Positions 63,410 to 64,000 of a stretch of DNA of 64,000 nt are shown here, in pieces. This DNA is from Lytechinus pictus (lineage: Eukaryota). A program made the translations under genes and the position numbers. Position 1 is the first letter of the stretch. Each line of letters begins with the position of its first letter. The DNA is taken from contig NC_087245.1 of the NCBI RefSeq assembly GCF_037042905.1, forward strand, positions 12,898,001 through 12,962,000, read 5' to 3'. The notes under the pieces are model-generated. The model saw nothing but the letters and a program-made list of their open reading frames with translations. It was not told the origin of the DNA and searched no databases.

Positions 63410-64000
63410 CCCCCCGGTCAAACATCAAATTGCGCCCCAAAGGTCGAAAATCAATTTGGTGCCCCCAAGGTTAAACATAAATTTCGCGCCTCAGGACAAA
63501 CATCAAATTGACGCCCCAACTGTCGAATTTGAATTTGGCGTCCCCTCCCTAGGTTGAACATGAATTTGGCGCCTCAGGACAAACATCGAATTGGTGCTCA
63601 TATGTCGAACTTCAATTCGGCGCCCCCAACTCCCCCTCACCTCCCCCGGTTGAACATCAAAATGGCGCACCCTCCATGTCAAACATAAATTGGGCGCCCG
63701 TAAATAAAACATTGGTTTGGTGCTCTATGTCAGACATAAATTTGACGCTCCCATAGGTCGAACAGCAATTCGGTGCCCCCCTTTGGTTAAACATCGATTC
63801 GTGCCCCTACATGTATGTCGGACATCAATTTGGCGCCCCTAGATTGAACATCCATTCCGCGCCCCCTCGGTTGAACATCATTTCGGCGCCCCCTAGGAAG
63901 AACATCGATTTGGCATCCCTATGTCAAACTTCGATTCGGTGCCCCTAGGTCGAACGTCAATACGGCGCCCCCTTGGTCGAACATTAATTTGGCACAACCC
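63410..64000. repeat. Degenerate minisatellite, ~27-29-bp unit, running off the window
   Basis: Repeating GGTYGAACATCAATTTGGCGCCCC-like units. Confidence 0.85.

Noticed and set aside
63410..64000. CRISPR-like ~28-bp repeats
   Set aside because: Head-to-tail degenerate units without spacers; this is a minisatellite.

Overview
AT-rich, intron-containing animal genomic DNA with no prokaryotic operons or CRISPR arrays. The repeat landscape suggests an echinoderm, probably a sea urchin; this is an inference from repeat style. Most of the window is nested non-autonomous transposons: hAT-like 8-bp-TSD elements, Helentron/DINE-like elements, Kolobok-like TTAA elements, TA-TSD MITEs, a foldback element, an Academ-like element, SINE/LINE relics and Penelope-like pLTRs. 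Three + strand spliced gene models can be read by hand. (1) The 3' end of a gene with two death-domain exons (326-595 and about 5220-5542). (2) A 4-coding-exon gene (28860-33841), absent from the ORF track, encoding a 97-aa basic protein with two C-x9-C-x9/10-C-x2-H zinc-finger motifs. (3) A tentative gene (about 46560-54170) encoding a 100-aa acidic orphan protein. Just upstream of gene 2 is a (TA)n-embedded cluster with an inverted pair of Penelope-type hammerhead ribozyme motifs and a complete tRNA-like cloverleaf. Several insertions can be confirmed against empty-site paralogues inside the window. All calls are by eye; no database searches were run.
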